NCBI GenBank assembly: GCA_020341815.1
Contig: CP070837.1
Coordinates: forward strand, 1,474,607-1,538,606
Source of the DNA: Candidatus Omnitrophota bacterium
Lineage (GTDB): Bacteria > Omnitrophota > Gorgyraeia > JAFGHF01
Length of the DNA: 64,000 bases
Direction: 5' to 3'
Made by a program: the position numbers and the translations under genes. Positions 9,474-19,492 of the stretch are shown one piece after another. The notes below the pieces were generated by a model. It searched no databases. It was not told the DNA's origin and saw nothing but the letters and a program-made list of their open reading frames with translations. Each line of letters starts with the position of its first letter. Within the stretch, counting starts at the first letter, position 1.

Positions 9474-10584
9474 AAAGAGGATAAAAGTTTTATTTATCAG
9501 CCCTTATCCGACCGAAGGGCCAAGCAACCGTTATAGGATAGAGCAATATCTGCCCTATTTAAAGAAGGCCGGTATAGATTGCACTATTCAGCCTTTTATG
9601 AACTCGGATTGTTATAAGATATTTTATCTGCCGAAGAAGAGGCTGAAAAAGCTTATCTATTTTTTATACAACGTAGCGCAGAGGTTTTTGGCTATCTATA
9701 AAGCCAAGGATTACGATGTCGTATTTATTCACCTGGAGGCATTCCCCATAGGGCCGCCATTTTTGGAATGGATATTGGCAAAAGTAATGCGCAAACCGAT
9801 TATTTTTGATTTTGAAGATGCAATCTATTTGAAAAGGAAAGGAACCCGGAGCTGGTTGGTAAATTTAATTAAAAGACCCTGGAAGTTTTACGATATCTTA
9901 CGCTTGAGCGCGCATATTATGGTATGCAATCAATATATGAAAGAATTGGTAGGCAGGTACAATTCAAATGTTACTGTTATCCCCACAGCCATTGACACGG
10001 ATAAGTTTATCGTGAAAGACCTTTCCTTGCATAATAATAAGTTAATCTTGGGCTGGATAGGCTCTCCCAGCACTTTGCCCTATCTTTTGCATATCAAGAG
10101 GCCTTTACAGAAGATATCGGAAAAATATAATGTTGCTCTAAAAATAGTCGGCGGCGGCAGAGATGTAAAAATGCCCGGGGTGGAAGTCATAAATGAAAAG
10201 TGGACTCTTAAAAATGATATACAAAGTTTTCAGAGCCTGGATATAGGTTTATATCCTTTGCCCCAGGATGAGAGGGCTATGGCCAAGACGCCGTTTAAGA
10301 CAATACAATATATGTCGGTGGGCATGCCGGTTGTGGCATCCCAGGCCGGCGCCATAGGCAATATAATTAAAGATGGAATAAACGGCTTTTTGGCATTAAC
10401 CGAGGAAGACTGGCTTAAGAAACTGTCCATCCTGATTGAGAATGCTCAGCTGCGACGCGACTTGGGCGTCGAGGGCAGGAGAACGGTGGAAGAGAGATAC
10501 TCGGTTAAAGGAAATGCTCCAAAGTTTTTAGAGATACTTCAAAATGTTTACGATAAGAGATATTTGAAAACAGGGAAAAACTAA
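9451..10584 (+). CDS. Glycosyltransferase, GT-B fold (GT4/group 1)
   Basis: The C-terminal motif TPFKTIQYMSVGMPVVASQAGAIGNIIKDGINGFL is typical of GT4 enzymes. The gene overlaps the upstream gene by 23 bp. Confidence 0.65.
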   Translation: MSGPMEDKKRIKVLFISPYPTEGPSNRYRIEQYLPYLKKAGIDCTIQPFMNSDCYKIFYLPKKRLKKLIYFLYNVAQRFLAIYKAKDYDVVFIHLEAFPIGPPFLEWILAKVMRKPIIFDFEDAIYLKRKGTRSWLVNLIKRPWKFYDILRLSAHIMVCNQYMKELVGRYNSNVTVIPTAIDTDKFIVKDLSLHNNKLILGWIGSPSTLPYLLHIKRPLQKISEKYNVALKIVGGGRDVKMPGVEVINEKWTLKNDIQSFQSLDIGLYPLPQDERAMAKTPFKTIQYMSVGMPVVASQAGAIGNIIKDGINGFLALTEEDWLKKLSILIENAQLRRDLGVEGRRTVEERYSVKGNAPKFLEILQNVYDKRYLKTGKN

Positions 10585-12473
10585 TGTGCGGAATCTGTGG
10601 AATAACGGGTAGGAGCGATAAGGTTAACAAGGGTAACCTGGAGGCGATGTGCAGAGAACTGGCGCATCGCGGACCGGACAATGAGGGAATATATATTAAC
10701 AGAGAGGTGAAATCTCCGGTTGGTTTAGGGCATAGGAGGTTAAGTATCATTGACCTTACAAAAAATGGACATCAGCCGATGCCCAACGAAGATAGCTCCT
10801 TATGGTTAGTTTTAAACGGAGAAATTTATAATTATAAACAATTGCGCAAGGATTTGGAGGGTAGAGGCCATCGATTCAGGTCTAATACCGACGCTGAAGT
10901 TGTACTCCATCTTTATGAAGATTTTGCCGAGAAATGCGTATCTTATTTACGCGGTCCGTTTGCTTTTGTTATCTGGGATGAAAAACAAGATAGGCTGTTT
11001 TTGGCTCGTGACAGAATTGGTCAAAAGCCGCTCTTTTATTATTATGGTGAGCAGCTTTTCTGTTTTGCCTCGGAGCTTTCGGCTTTAGTTGAGAGCGGCC
11101 TGGTGGATAAAGAGATAAACCATGAAGCCATCGATGCATATCTGACTTTTGGCTATGTGCCTGCGCCGGAGACAATCTATAGGAGAATCTTTAAGTTGCT
11201 GCCGGCGCATTACGGCATATTGCAAAATGGCAAATTCAGGTCAGAAAAATACTGGGATTTAGATTATTCCCGGAAGATTGCCATTTCGGAAGAAGAGGCG
11301 GCAAGTGAATTAATCAGGCTTTTAAAAGAGGCGGTGAGCCTGCGTCTGCTTAGCGATGTGCCCCTGGGGGTATTTTTAAGCGGCGGCGTTGATTCCAGCG
11401 CCGTAGTAGCATTGATGAGCCAGCTGGTCAATAAAGTAAAGACCTTTTCCATTGGTTTTGACGATGCGGATTTCAATGAATTGAAATATGCAGGAAATAT
11501 CGCCAGACATTTTTCTACCGAGCATCACGAATTTATCGTAAGACCAAAGGCTCTAGAAGTTTTACCGCTTTTAGTGGAACGTTACGGCGAGCCATATGCG
11601 GATTCATCGGCTATTCCCACCTATTATGTTTCCCGTCAGACCAGAAAATATGTTACTGTGGCCTTAAACGGAGACGGGGGGGATGAGTCTTTTGCCGGTT
11701 ATGAACGATATCAGGCAATGGCGCTTGCTGAAAGATATAACCGCTTCCCTTCATTTTTAAGAGACGGACTGACGCAAACGATTATTCGCTTATTGCCCGA
11801 TTCGGTTAATTTTAAAAGTAAGCGAAGAAGATTGAGGCGTTTCTTTGAAAATGTATCGACACCCTTCTACAGGCGTTATTGCCGCTGGGTATGCATGATT
11901 GACGATAATCAAAAGAACAAGCTCTACAGCGAAGACTTTAAAAAACAACTGAACAAATACAATCCCGCGGATTGGCTCAGAGATTATCCCGGTTTGCCTG
12001 ATCAAATGGCGTTAGTCGACCGTTTAATGGCAATTGATATTAAAACTAATCTGGCCAATGATTTGACGGTTAAAATGGATATCGCCAGTATGGCCAATTC
12101 TCTTGAGACCCGTTCGCCATTCCTTGACCAGGAAGTAATGCAATTTGCCGCAAAATTGCCGGATAACTTTAAGTTAAGAAGGTCGATTAAGAAATATATC
12201 TTAAAGAAAGGCCTCAAGGATTTATTGCCGCCAAGCAACATGCATCGTCCAAAAATGGGTTTTGGGGTGCCTGCGGGGAGATGGATGAGAAAGGATTTAA
12301 AGGGTTATGTCCAGAGTGTGTTGTTTTCCAAGCATGCGTTCAGTAGGGGATATTTTAATCCGAATGACCTTAAAGATTATATTAATAAGCATCTTAACGC
12401 AGATAAAGACCATAGTTTTGGGGTCTGGACCTTGTTAATGCTTGAGCTATGGCATCAGAGGTTTATCGATTAG
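10584..12473 (+). CDS. Asparagine synthase (glutamine-hydrolysing) family amidotransferase, AsnB/WbpS/PseA-like
   Basis: The N-terminus is MCGICGITG, the Cys2 nucleophile of class II glutamine amidotransferases. The PP-loop ATP pyrophosphatase motif SGGVDSS is present, and the 629-aa length is typical. Confidence 0.9.
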   Translation: MCGICGITGRSDKVNKGNLEAMCRELAHRGPDNEGIYINREVKSPVGLGHRRLSIIDLTKNGHQPMPNEDSSLWLVLNGEIYNYKQLRKDLEGRGHRFRSNTDAEVVLHLYEDFAEKCVSYLRGPFAFVIWDEKQDRLFLARDRIGQKPLFYYYGEQLFCFASELSALVESGLVDKEINHEAIDAYLTFGYVPAPETIYRRIFKLLPAHYGILQNGKFRSEKYWDLDYSRKIAISEEEAASELIRLLKEAVSLRLLSDVPLGVFLSGGVDSSAVVALMSQLVNKVKTFSIGFDDADFNELKYAGNIARHFSTEHHEFIVRPKALEVLPLLVERYGEPYADSSAIPTYYVSRQTRKYVTVALNGDGGDESFAGYERYQAMALAERYNRFPSFLRDGLTQTIIRLLPDSVNFKSKRRRLRRFFENVSTPFYRRYCRWVCMIDDNQKNKLYSEDFKKQLNKYNPADWLRDYPGLPDQMALVDRLMAIDIKTNLANDLTVKMDIASMANSLETRSPFLDQEVMQFAAKLPDNFKLRRSIKKYILKKGLKDLLPPSNMHRPKMGFGVPAGRWMRKDLKGYVQSVLFSKHAFSRGYFNPNDLKDYINKHLNADKDHSFGVWTLLMLELWHQRFID

Positions 12474-13166
12474 ATGAAGAAACTTATCTGGGTAATTATC
12501 ATTGTTTTTATAGCAGGCCTTATTGCTGTTTTTAATGTCGATGTTAACACCCGGCAGGGGGTTAACTATAAATGGCATACAATTAAGATACCTTTAGGCT
12601 TAAAGATATTAGACTTTTTTGACAGACATTATAATTATAAGGTATTGGTAAAAAGAATAATCAAAGATTCAAAAAATGATACCGAGCGGGCCTTGAAGAT
12701 ATTCGAGTGGACCTATAAGAATATAAGAAGGACACCCGAAGATTTCCCGGTTATAGATGACCATGTTTGGCATATCATTGTGAGAGGTTATGGCGTAAAG
12801 GATCAGTATTCGGATGTATTTACCACTCTCTGCAATTATGCCGGCATAGAGGCGTTTTATACATGTATCCGCAGCTCGAGTCAGAAGCAAAAAATTGCAC
12901 TTTCTTTTCTTAAGATAGAAGGGAAGTGGAGCGTTTTCGACCCCTATCGCGGCATTTATTTTAAGAATAAAGATGGAGACTTCGCAAGCGTTGAAGAGAT
13001 TAAGTCCGGTGCCATCTCTATGGAAAGCCTGGGAGGAAAGCCGGATATAGATTACGCTGTTTATTTTTGCAATCTTCCCTCTGTTAAGAATGCAGGTTTA
13101 AACAGGGCGAATATTCAATCTCCGCTTAATCGTTTACTTTACGAATTAAAAAAAGTGAAAAAATGA
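12474..13166 (+). CDS. Membrane-anchored hypothetical protein (weak, degenerate transglutaminase-like core)
   Basis: It has an N-terminal signal/TM helix (LIWVIIIVFIAGLIAVF). A Cys-containing segment (GVKDQYSDVFTTLCNYAGIEAFYT) resembles the transglutaminase-like Cys box, but no matching His is present. Confidence 0.3.
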   Translation: MKKLIWVIIIVFIAGLIAVFNVDVNTRQGVNYKWHTIKIPLGLKILDFFDRHYNYKVLVKRIIKDSKNDTERALKIFEWTYKNIRRTPEDFPVIDDHVWHIIVRGYGVKDQYSDVFTTLCNYAGIEAFYTCIRSSSQKQKIALSFLKIEGKWSVFDPYRGIYFKNKDGDFASVEEIKSGAISMESLGGKPDIDYAVYFCNLPSVKNAGLNRANIQSPLNRLLYELKKVKK

Positions 13167-14137
13167 AATTTACAATAGGTTTTGAAAAGGAAGATAAAGA
13201 TAGGCTTTTTTCTTATTTTGATGAGATTATTCAGAGCGAGAGATGGTCGGAACATAAATTTACTAAGATGTTTGAAGAAAAATGGAGCCGGTATAATAAT
13301 CTTGAATCGGTAGCATTTTCCAGTTGGGCCGGGGCTGCACTTTCGGCTTTAGAGTTTTTCGACGTCAAAGGAAAGACCGTATTATGTCCCGCCAATACCT
13401 TTATCGCCACCTCCTTAAGCGTCATCAAGGCAGGCGGAAATGTTGAGTTTGTGGATTGCAATAGAGATGACCTTTGCATGGATGTGCAGGACTTAAAAAG
13501 TAAGATAGATAAATACAGTCCGGCTGCCGTATTTGTGGTGCACATAGGCGGCCATATTGCATTTCAAATAGAAGAGATATCCAGGCTATGCAAAGACAAA
13601 GGCATTGTATTGCTTGAGGACTGCGCTCATGCGCATGGTGCTGACTGGAACGGAAAAAAGGCAGGCACATGGGGCGATGCCGGCATATATTCGTTCTACG
13701 CCACCAAGACTGTCTCTACAGGCGAAGGGGGGATGCTGGTTACCCGCAATAAAGGTCTGGTGGATTATGCCAGGAAATACAGGAATTACGGGAAATTTGA
13801 ATATGATGTAGAAGGCTTAAATTACAGGATGAGCGAGTTTACTGCGGCTATCGGATGCATTCAGGCTGAGAGGTTGGATCAAATAATTGACTGGAAGAAT
13901 GCATATGCGAAGAAGCATTTAGACCCGGCATATCCTAATAGAGTGAAGTTTCCTTCGGGAATGAAGTCGGGTTATTATAAGTATATCGTTTTTGACCCAA
14001 TAGAGAATTCGACCGGCAAGGTTTATGATGCGCCTTGCCACCTGATAATGGGCAAGGATTATGAGCTGCCTAACACAGAGTGGATTGCCGGGAACCATTG
14101 GTGCATTCCTATTTACTATAAAGGGGGAAAGATTTGA
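13163..14137 (+). CDS. DegT/DnrJ/EryC1/StrS-family PLP-dependent sugar aminotransferase (or dehydratase)
   Basis: SSWAGAALSALEF matches the sSGTaALhLAL box, and the PLP-lysine region reads YATKTVSTGEGGMLVT. The gene overlaps the upstream gene with an ATGA junction. Confidence 0.7.
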   Translation: MKFTIGFEKEDKDRLFSYFDEIIQSERWSEHKFTKMFEEKWSRYNNLESVAFSSWAGAALSALEFFDVKGKTVLCPANTFIATSLSVIKAGGNVEFVDCNRDDLCMDVQDLKSKIDKYSPAAVFVVHIGGHIAFQIEEISRLCKDKGIVLLEDCAHAHGADWNGKKAGTWGDAGIYSFYATKTVSTGEGGMLVTRNKGLVDYARKYRNYGKFEYDVEGLNYRMSEFTAAIGCIQAERLDQIIDWKNAYAKKHLDPAYPNRVKFPSGMKSGYYKYIVFDPIENSTGKVYDAPCHLIMGKDYELPNTEWIAGNHWCIPIYYKGGKI

Positions 14138-15855
14138 ACTTTATCCTTGCTACTATACCTATTCGTTCACAGCCTAGCGATGTTCCTCCTGTTGGAGCAA
14201 TATCGCTGCTTGAGACACTGATTCAGGCGGGATATGATTCAAAGTTTTACGACATCGATGCTCTCAGGCCCAGCTTTGAGCAGGTAGTCGACTATTTTCG
14301 CCGCGAACAACCGGACATTTTAGGCATCAGCGCGGTTGTTTCCACCGCTTACCGATATGCAAAAAAGCTGGCTTATGCGGTGAAGGAGGTCTCTCCCGGG
14401 ACGCGGATTATTCTCGGCGGGTGTTTGGCGGCAAGCGCGGAGGTGTTATTGCGTAAATGCCCGATAGACCTATGCGTGGTTGGGGAGGGCGAGAAGGTTT
14501 TGGCAAATCTCCTGAAGCACTGGGAAAAGTTCGGCGATTTTAATGCTTCGCAAGAAGAGCTGCGCAAGATAAAAGGGATTGCTTTTATCGATTCAGAAGG
14601 CGATTTTATATTTACTGGATACGAAGAGCAGCTCTTGCCCGAGGAGTTGCCCCAGCCCAATTACGAACTGCTGTCTAAATTTTCTAATTTAGATTGTTAT
14701 ATCCGGGACGGGCTGAGTTCCGGATATTTTGAACACGATAAACGCTCTTACCAGCCTCACCGCCGGGGACAAAAGGCTTGTTGGGTGCTGGCCGGCAAAG
14801 GTTGCGCTTCACGTTGTACATTCTGCCATCGTTGGATAAAAGGATATCGTGCCTATCCGGTAAAAACCGTTATTGATACAATGCGCAAGCTGAAAGAAAA
14901 ATACAATGTTGGCTTCTTCTCGCTTGGCGACGAGAGTTTCGGATCTGACCGAAGGGTGCTGGAGGAATTTATTGAAGCAGTCAGGCCTTTGGATATTTTG
15001 TTTCAGATCGCAGGGATAAGAGTTACGACGGTTTATCGTAACCCTGAGGTCATTCGCAGGCTGAAAGAGGTCGGTTGTGTTAGAACGATATTCGGCATGG
15101 AAAGCGGCAGTGACAAGATTCTCAGGGTAATGGAGAAGGCAGTTAACCGTAAGCAGAACTTAGAAGTGGCCAAAATACTTCTTAAGGAAGGTATGTATAC
15201 AATTCATCAATTTGTTGTGGGTATGCCGGGCGAGAACGAAGAGACGATTAAGGAAACAATTGAATGCGCCAAACTGGCTACCGAGACATCAAGTTCTTAT
15301 CCAATTATAAGCAATAATTATTTTCAGGCTTTGCCCGGCACCCCGGGATATGAATATTTGCGCTTTCGCGGCTTGATTGGTAAGACATTAGACGATGAGG
15401 AGGCATATTTACTGGAGATTTCTAATATGGATGCCGGTTCCCGCGCACATTACAAGAATGTCTCGGAAGAGCCCCTTTCCAAAGTATTTTTATGGCCGCA
15501 TAGAATAAGAGTTGAAGTCACTACTCACTGGTACAAACAGCATAACTGGAAGCCGGCAAATATAAATGGGAATTCTGCAGGCATGCGGCATTGGTTAACC
15601 ACAAGAAGATTTTATTTCCGCGCAGTTTCACTGCTGGGCAGTTTTTACTGGTCGCTGGCGCTTATTTTAATGCGCATACGTTTGTATGGTTTGGCCAGAG
15701 CCTTTTCATTTACACTCGGCTTTAAAGAGGAGGATGACCGTAATTCATTTATAATTAAGGAGCCGAAATCACTGCGTAGAATTGTAAATTATCCTCAGCC
15801 TGAAGAAATGTCAATATCGGAAGCAAATATGCTGCCTTTGCGAAAAGGGAGATAA
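14134..15855 (+). CDS. B12-binding (class B) radical SAM enzyme
   Basis: It has a TTG start and an N-terminal cobalamin-binding-like Rossmann module. The radical SAM motif is GCASRCTFCHRW (CxxxCxxC), and the protein is 573 aa. Confidence 0.75.
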   Translation: MNFILATIPIRSQPSDVPPVGAISLLETLIQAGYDSKFYDIDALRPSFEQVVDYFRREQPDILGISAVVSTAYRYAKKLAYAVKEVSPGTRIILGGCLAASAEVLLRKCPIDLCVVGEGEKVLANLLKHWEKFGDFNASQEELRKIKGIAFIDSEGDFIFTGYEEQLLPEELPQPNYELLSKFSNLDCYIRDGLSSGYFEHDKRSYQPHRRGQKACWVLAGKGCASRCTFCHRWIKGYRAYPVKTVIDTMRKLKEKYNVGFFSLGDESFGSDRRVLEEFIEAVRPLDILFQIAGIRVTTVYRNPEVIRRLKEVGCVRTIFGMESGSDKILRVMEKAVNRKQNLEVAKILLKEGMYTIHQFVVGMPGENEETIKETIECAKLATETSSSYPIISNNYFQALPGTPGYEYLRFRGLIGKTLDDEEAYLLEISNMDAGSRAHYKNVSEEPLSKVFLWPHRIRVEVTTHWYKQHNWKPANINGNSAGMRHWLTTRRFYFRAVSLLGSFYWSLALILMRIRLYGLARAFSFTLGFKEEDDRNSFIIKEPKSLRRIVNYPQPEEMSISEANMLPLRKGR

Positions 15856-15886
15856 CAATAAACCGTGATTATCAGGAGATAGAGAT

Positions 15887-16828
15887 ATGAAAGTATTGGT
15901 TACAGGAGGAAGTGGTTTTATAGGATCTCATGTGGTAGATAAGTTAAAGGATAAAGGCGTAGATGTAAGGGTTTTTGATGCGATGCCCACCTTTAGGAAG
16001 GATATCGAGTATTATCAGGGCAGCCTCTTAGACATGGACGCATTAGGCTTTGCCATGAATGGGGTAGATGCAGTGATGCATCTGGCTGCAATTGCTGACG
16101 TAAAGGACGTTTTTAACAGGCCTCATTATGCGGAGTCAATCAATGTAAGGGGCACTATTAATGTGCTTGAGGCAGCAAGAGCTGCAAAGCTAAGAAGGGT
16201 AGTCTACGGAAGCACTACCTGGGTCTACAGTGAAGCTGAAGGAGATTCTGTTGATGAAGCTACCCCTTTGCACGCCCCTTCCCATCTTTACACTGCGACA
16301 AAATTAGTCGGTGAATACTATTGCCGGACATACAGTGAGCTGTTTGGCCTAGACTATACTATTCTGAGATACGGAATACCTTATGGGCCAAGGGCAAGAG
16401 ATGAGGCCGTTATACCTATATTTGTGAGAAAGGCCCTAAGTGGCGAAGCGCTTACGATTGCCGGCGATGGCTCTCAATTCAGGAAATTTGTATTCGTGGA
16501 GGACCTTGCCGAAGGAAATATATTGGCTTTGCAGTCAATCGCAAGGAATAAGATATATAACTTGGATGGTGTAGAAAAAGTAACTATACGGCAAATTGCC
16601 GAGACAATCAAAAGGATTCTGGGAGACGTAAAGATAGAATATACGCCGGCTCGTCCGGGTGACTTCGCGGGAAAGGAAGTTTCCAGTGAGCTTGTTAAAA
16701 AAGAGCTTGGATGGGAGCCCAAGGTAGGCTTCGAGGAAGGGATACGACGATATTTAAAGTGGTATAGTGAAAGGGAAAAGACCCGCAAGGCAAATTGGGA
16801 AAAGTTGGACGATACATTAAAAAAGTAG
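15887..16828 (+). CDS. NAD-dependent nucleotide-sugar epimerase/dehydratase (extended SDR, UDP-glucose 4-epimerase-like)
   Basis: The Rossmann start is VLVTGGSGFIGSHVV and the catalytic motif is YTATKLVGE (YxxxK). A GGAG Shine-Dalgarno sequence lies upstream. Confidence 0.85.
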   Translation: MKVLVTGGSGFIGSHVVDKLKDKGVDVRVFDAMPTFRKDIEYYQGSLLDMDALGFAMNGVDAVMHLAAIADVKDVFNRPHYAESINVRGTINVLEAARAAKLRRVVYGSTTWVYSEAEGDSVDEATPLHAPSHLYTATKLVGEYYCRTYSELFGLDYTILRYGIPYGPRARDEAVIPIFVRKALSGEALTIAGDGSQFRKFVFVEDLAEGNILALQSIARNKIYNLDGVEKVTIRQIAETIKRILGDVKIEYTPARPGDFAGKEVSSELVKKELGWEPKVGFEEGIRRYLKWYSEREKTRKANWEKLDDTLKK

Positions 16829-16842
16829 GATTGATATCAAAT

Positions 16843-17508
16843 ATGAAGATTTTAGTGATAGCCCCGCATATGGATGATGAGGTCCTTGGTTGCGGAGGGG
16901 CCATAGCAAGGCATGTAATGAATGGAGATGAGCTTTTTATAAGTTTCATCGCGCATAGAATATATAATCATCAGTTTGATAAAGAAAAGGACGATCTCGA
17001 GAAGCAACATGCAGCTAAAGCAAAAGGGGTGCTTGGTTATAAGGAATCGGTCTTTTTTAATCTGAACGATGAGAGGCTGGATGCATGTATTCAGGATATC
17101 GTTATCCCTTTAGAAAAGTATATATTGAAGATAAGGCCCGATATCGTTTATTGCCCCTTTAGAGGGGATAATAATCAAGACCACAGGGCGGTGTTCGATG
17201 CGATAAGAGTTGCCGCCAGGCCCTCTGCAGCGGCCTTTATTAAGCGGATCCTTATGTATGAAGTTGCCTCTTCCACCGAGCAATCTCCGCCTATGTATGA
17301 AAACATATTTTTGCCGAATTTTTACGTAAATATTACAGAGCATATCGACAAAAAGGTAGAGGCTTTTAGATGCTACGAAACAGAAAAGAGGCCTTATCCC
17401 CATCCCCGCTGCGAAGAGGCATTGAGAGTTCTGGCCAAAAAAAGAGGGGTTGAAGCAGGTTTTGAATACGCAGAATCGTTTATGATTTTACGGGAGAAAT
17501 GGGATTAA
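16843..17508 (+). CDS. PIG-L/LmbE-family N-acetylglucosaminyl (sugar) deacetylase
   Basis: MKILVIAPHMDDEVLGCGG is the signature PIG-L N-terminal metal-binding motif (HxDD). I prefer the internal Met at 16843 over the ORF-track start at 16795, which overlaps the upstream gene. Confidence 0.8.
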   Translation: MKILVIAPHMDDEVLGCGGAIARHVMNGDELFISFIAHRIYNHQFDKEKDDLEKQHAAKAKGVLGYKESVFFNLNDERLDACIQDIVIPLEKYILKIRPDIVYCPFRGDNNQDHRAVFDAIRVAARPSAAAFIKRILMYEVASSTEQSPPMYENIFLPNFYVNITEHIDKKVEAFRCYETEKRPYPHPRCEEALRVLAKKRGVEAGFEYAESFMILREKWD

Positions 17509-17509
17509 A

Positions 17510-18154
17510 ATGATACTCGGCGTAATTCCAGCGCGAGGCGGCAGCAAAGAAATACCAAGAAAAAACATTAAGACGATTGCCGGCAAGCCTTTAATTGCAT
17601 GGACCATAGAAGCGGCTAAAAGGTCTACTTTGCTCGACAGGTATATTGTTTCTACGGAAGATGAAGAGATTGCCGAAATTTCAAGAAAATATGGAGCAAA
17701 GGTGTTGCCGCGGCCGCTTGAACTGGCAATGGATGAGGCGCTGACTCTTAATGTCCTTGAACATGCAGTTAAACAGATACCATGTGATACAGTCGTTCTT
17801 CTTCAGCCCACATCTCCTATAAGAAAGGCAGGGCTTATAGATGAATGCATAGGAGAGTTCTTGGATAATGGCTATGACTCCCTGGCCACCGGTTTTATGT
17901 GTAAATATATGGAATATGGCAAAGATGTGGAATGTAGCCAGGATGGCAAGGAATTAAGGCGACAGGATATTCAGGGATTTTTTTATGATGATGGCAATGT
18001 CTATGTGATAAGGGCTGATATCATAAGAAAAGGCGAGCGTTATGGCAAAAAGATTGGCAGAAAAATTATCAGTCGATGGGAGAATGTAGAGATAGATGAT
18101 GAATTTGATTTGTGGATGACAGAGAGGATTCTAAGAGAGAATAAGCATAAATGA
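17510..18154 (+). CDS. Acylneuraminate (CMP-nonulosonate) cytidylyltransferase, NeuA/CMP-Kdo-synthetase family
   Basis: MILGVIPARGGSKEIPRKNIKTIAGKPLIAWTIEAA is the canonical N-terminal CTP-binding motif of NeuA-type cytidylyltransferases. The protein is 214 aa. Confidence 0.85.
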   Translation: MILGVIPARGGSKEIPRKNIKTIAGKPLIAWTIEAAKRSTLLDRYIVSTEDEEIAEISRKYGAKVLPRPLELAMDEALTLNVLEHAVKQIPCDTVVLLQPTSPIRKAGLIDECIGEFLDNGYDSLATGFMCKYMEYGKDVECSQDGKELRRQDIQGFFYDDGNVYVIRADIIRKGERYGKKIGRKIISRWENVEIDDEFDLWMTERILRENKHK

Positions 18155-18199
18155 AGATTACCGCAAATCAATTTTATAAAAGGCATAAGGCGTGAAGAA

Positions 18200-19474
18200 G
18201 TGAAAGATCAACTAATGAAAAACATCATTTCGGACTTATGGTTTGAAAAAAGAAATATCGTTTCCGAAGGATTCGATGATTCTTTAAGATATATTTCGAA
18301 GCTGCTTCCCATGTCAATAATTGAAATTCCGACCGGAACAGAATGCTGGAGCTGGACAGTTCCTCCTAAATGGTCGCTTAAGGAGGGCTGGATACGGAGA
18401 GGAAATAAAGTATATTTAGATTATGCAGACCATCCCCTGCATATTATGGCCTATTCAGAGCCGGTGAAGAAGAAAGTCCGGAAAGAAGAGCTTCTTTCTC
18501 ATATCGATACCTATTCGCACAGACCCAGTGCCATTCCCTTCGGGTACAGCTATTATGAGAAAAAATGGGGATTTTGCATTCAAAATAATAAATTGGCCGA
18601 CTTTAGAGAAGACAGCTATGAAATATGTATTGATAGTAAATTTAGCCCCGGGAGACTAAAGATTGGAGAGCTTGTTCTTCCCGGAAAACTCAAAGACGAG
18701 ATTGTTTTAATTGCCCATTTGTGCCATCCCTGTATGGCTAATGATAATTTATCGGGAGTGGCAGTATTAATTGCTACATTTCTGGAGCTGGCGAAGTCAG
18801 ATTCCCATAAATATACCTATCGCTTATTATTGGTTCCTGAAACTATCGGTTCAATAGCATATTTAAGCCGGAACGAACATTTAATCAAGAATATGAAATA
18901 CGGGATAGTCATTGATTGCGTAGGCCATAATGACATTTTATCCTTACAGCATTCTAAGCAGGCGGATACCGAATTAGACTATTGCGCAAGTTATGTCTTA
19001 AAAAACGAAGCGCTTATGTTTCGGGAAGGAGCGATAAATAAAGTTTGCGTCAGCGATGAAGTAGTATTTAATGGTCCGGGCGTGAATATCCCGACTATTT
19101 CTTTATCCCGGTTTAAATTCTGGGATGAAGGCGCCTGGCCGTATCCCGAATATCATTCAAGCGATGATACGCCGGATATTATTGTGCAGGAGAACTTAAG
19201 CAAAACAAAGGAAGTGATCCTTAAGATTCTGGAGATTATGGATAGCAATTTCGTGCCCAAAAGGACTTTTAAAGGCCCGCTTTTCTTGTCGAAATACGGC
19301 CTCTGGGTTGACTGGAGGAAAAATAGAAAATTAAATTCGGCTCTCAACGATGTAATGTTCTCTCTGGAAGGCAATAAAAGCGCACTGGAGATAGCAAAGG
19401 AATTGGACATCTCTTATACCGAGCTTTATGCCTGGCTTAATAAGTTAGAAAGACTAAACTTGATTAAAAAATAG
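18200..19474 (+). CDS. Aminopeptidase-like (M28-fold) domain protein of the DUF4910 type with C-terminal winged-helix; function unknown
   Basis: The metal-ligand-like segment HLCHPCMANDNLSGVAVLIATFLEL resembles the M28/DUF4910 region. The C-terminal roughly 60 aa (ALEIAKELDISYTELYAWLNKLERLNLI) looks like an HTH. A 45-bp gap precedes the gene. Confidence 0.4.
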   Translation: MKDQLMKNIISDLWFEKRNIVSEGFDDSLRYISKLLPMSIIEIPTGTECWSWTVPPKWSLKEGWIRRGNKVYLDYADHPLHIMAYSEPVKKKVRKEELLSHIDTYSHRPSAIPFGYSYYEKKWGFCIQNNKLADFREDSYEICIDSKFSPGRLKIGELVLPGKLKDEIVLIAHLCHPCMANDNLSGVAVLIATFLELAKSDSHKYTYRLLLVPETIGSIAYLSRNEHLIKNMKYGIVIDCVGHNDILSLQHSKQADTELDYCASYVLKNEALMFREGAINKVCVSDEVVFNGPGVNIPTISLSRFKFWDEGAWPYPEYHSSDDTPDIIVQENLSKTKEVILKILEIMDSNFVPKRTFKGPLFLSKYGLWVDWRKNRKLNSALNDVMFSLEGNKSALEIAKELDISYTELYAWLNKLERLNLIKK

Positions 19475-19492
19475 ATATTCTAAAGGAATAAA

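Noticed and set aside
10900-11088. Small + strand ORFs nested inside larger genes (for example 10900–11088, 13605–13811, 27791–28009, 31885–32112, 44504–44755)
   Set aside because: These are out-of-frame internal ORFs within confidently called CDSs, with no independent evidence. I also considered them as radical-SAM/SPASM precursor peptides and rejected that: none is intergenic or has a leader/core-like sequence.
12474-13166. Transglutaminase-like cysteine protease call for the 230-aa membrane-anchored protein
   Set aside because: A Cys-box-like segment is present, but the downstream His of the Cys-His-Asp triad is missing. I left it as hypothetical.
16795-16842. ORF-track start at 16795 for the PIG-L deacetylase (MGKVGRYIKKVGLISN-)
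   Set aside because: It overlaps the 3' end of the upstream epimerase by 34 bp. The conserved PIG-L N-terminus begins at MKILVIAPHMDDE (ATG 16843). The same reasoning moved the starts at 53467 to 53494 and 55038 to 55071, the latter with GGAGG 10 nt upstream.
18155-18199. Promoter in the largest intergenic gap upstream of the DUF4910-like gene
   Set aside because: The 45-bp AT-rich gap could hold a promoter, but I could not identify convincing -35/-10 elements by eye in this uniformly AT-rich DNA, so it is not reported as a feature.
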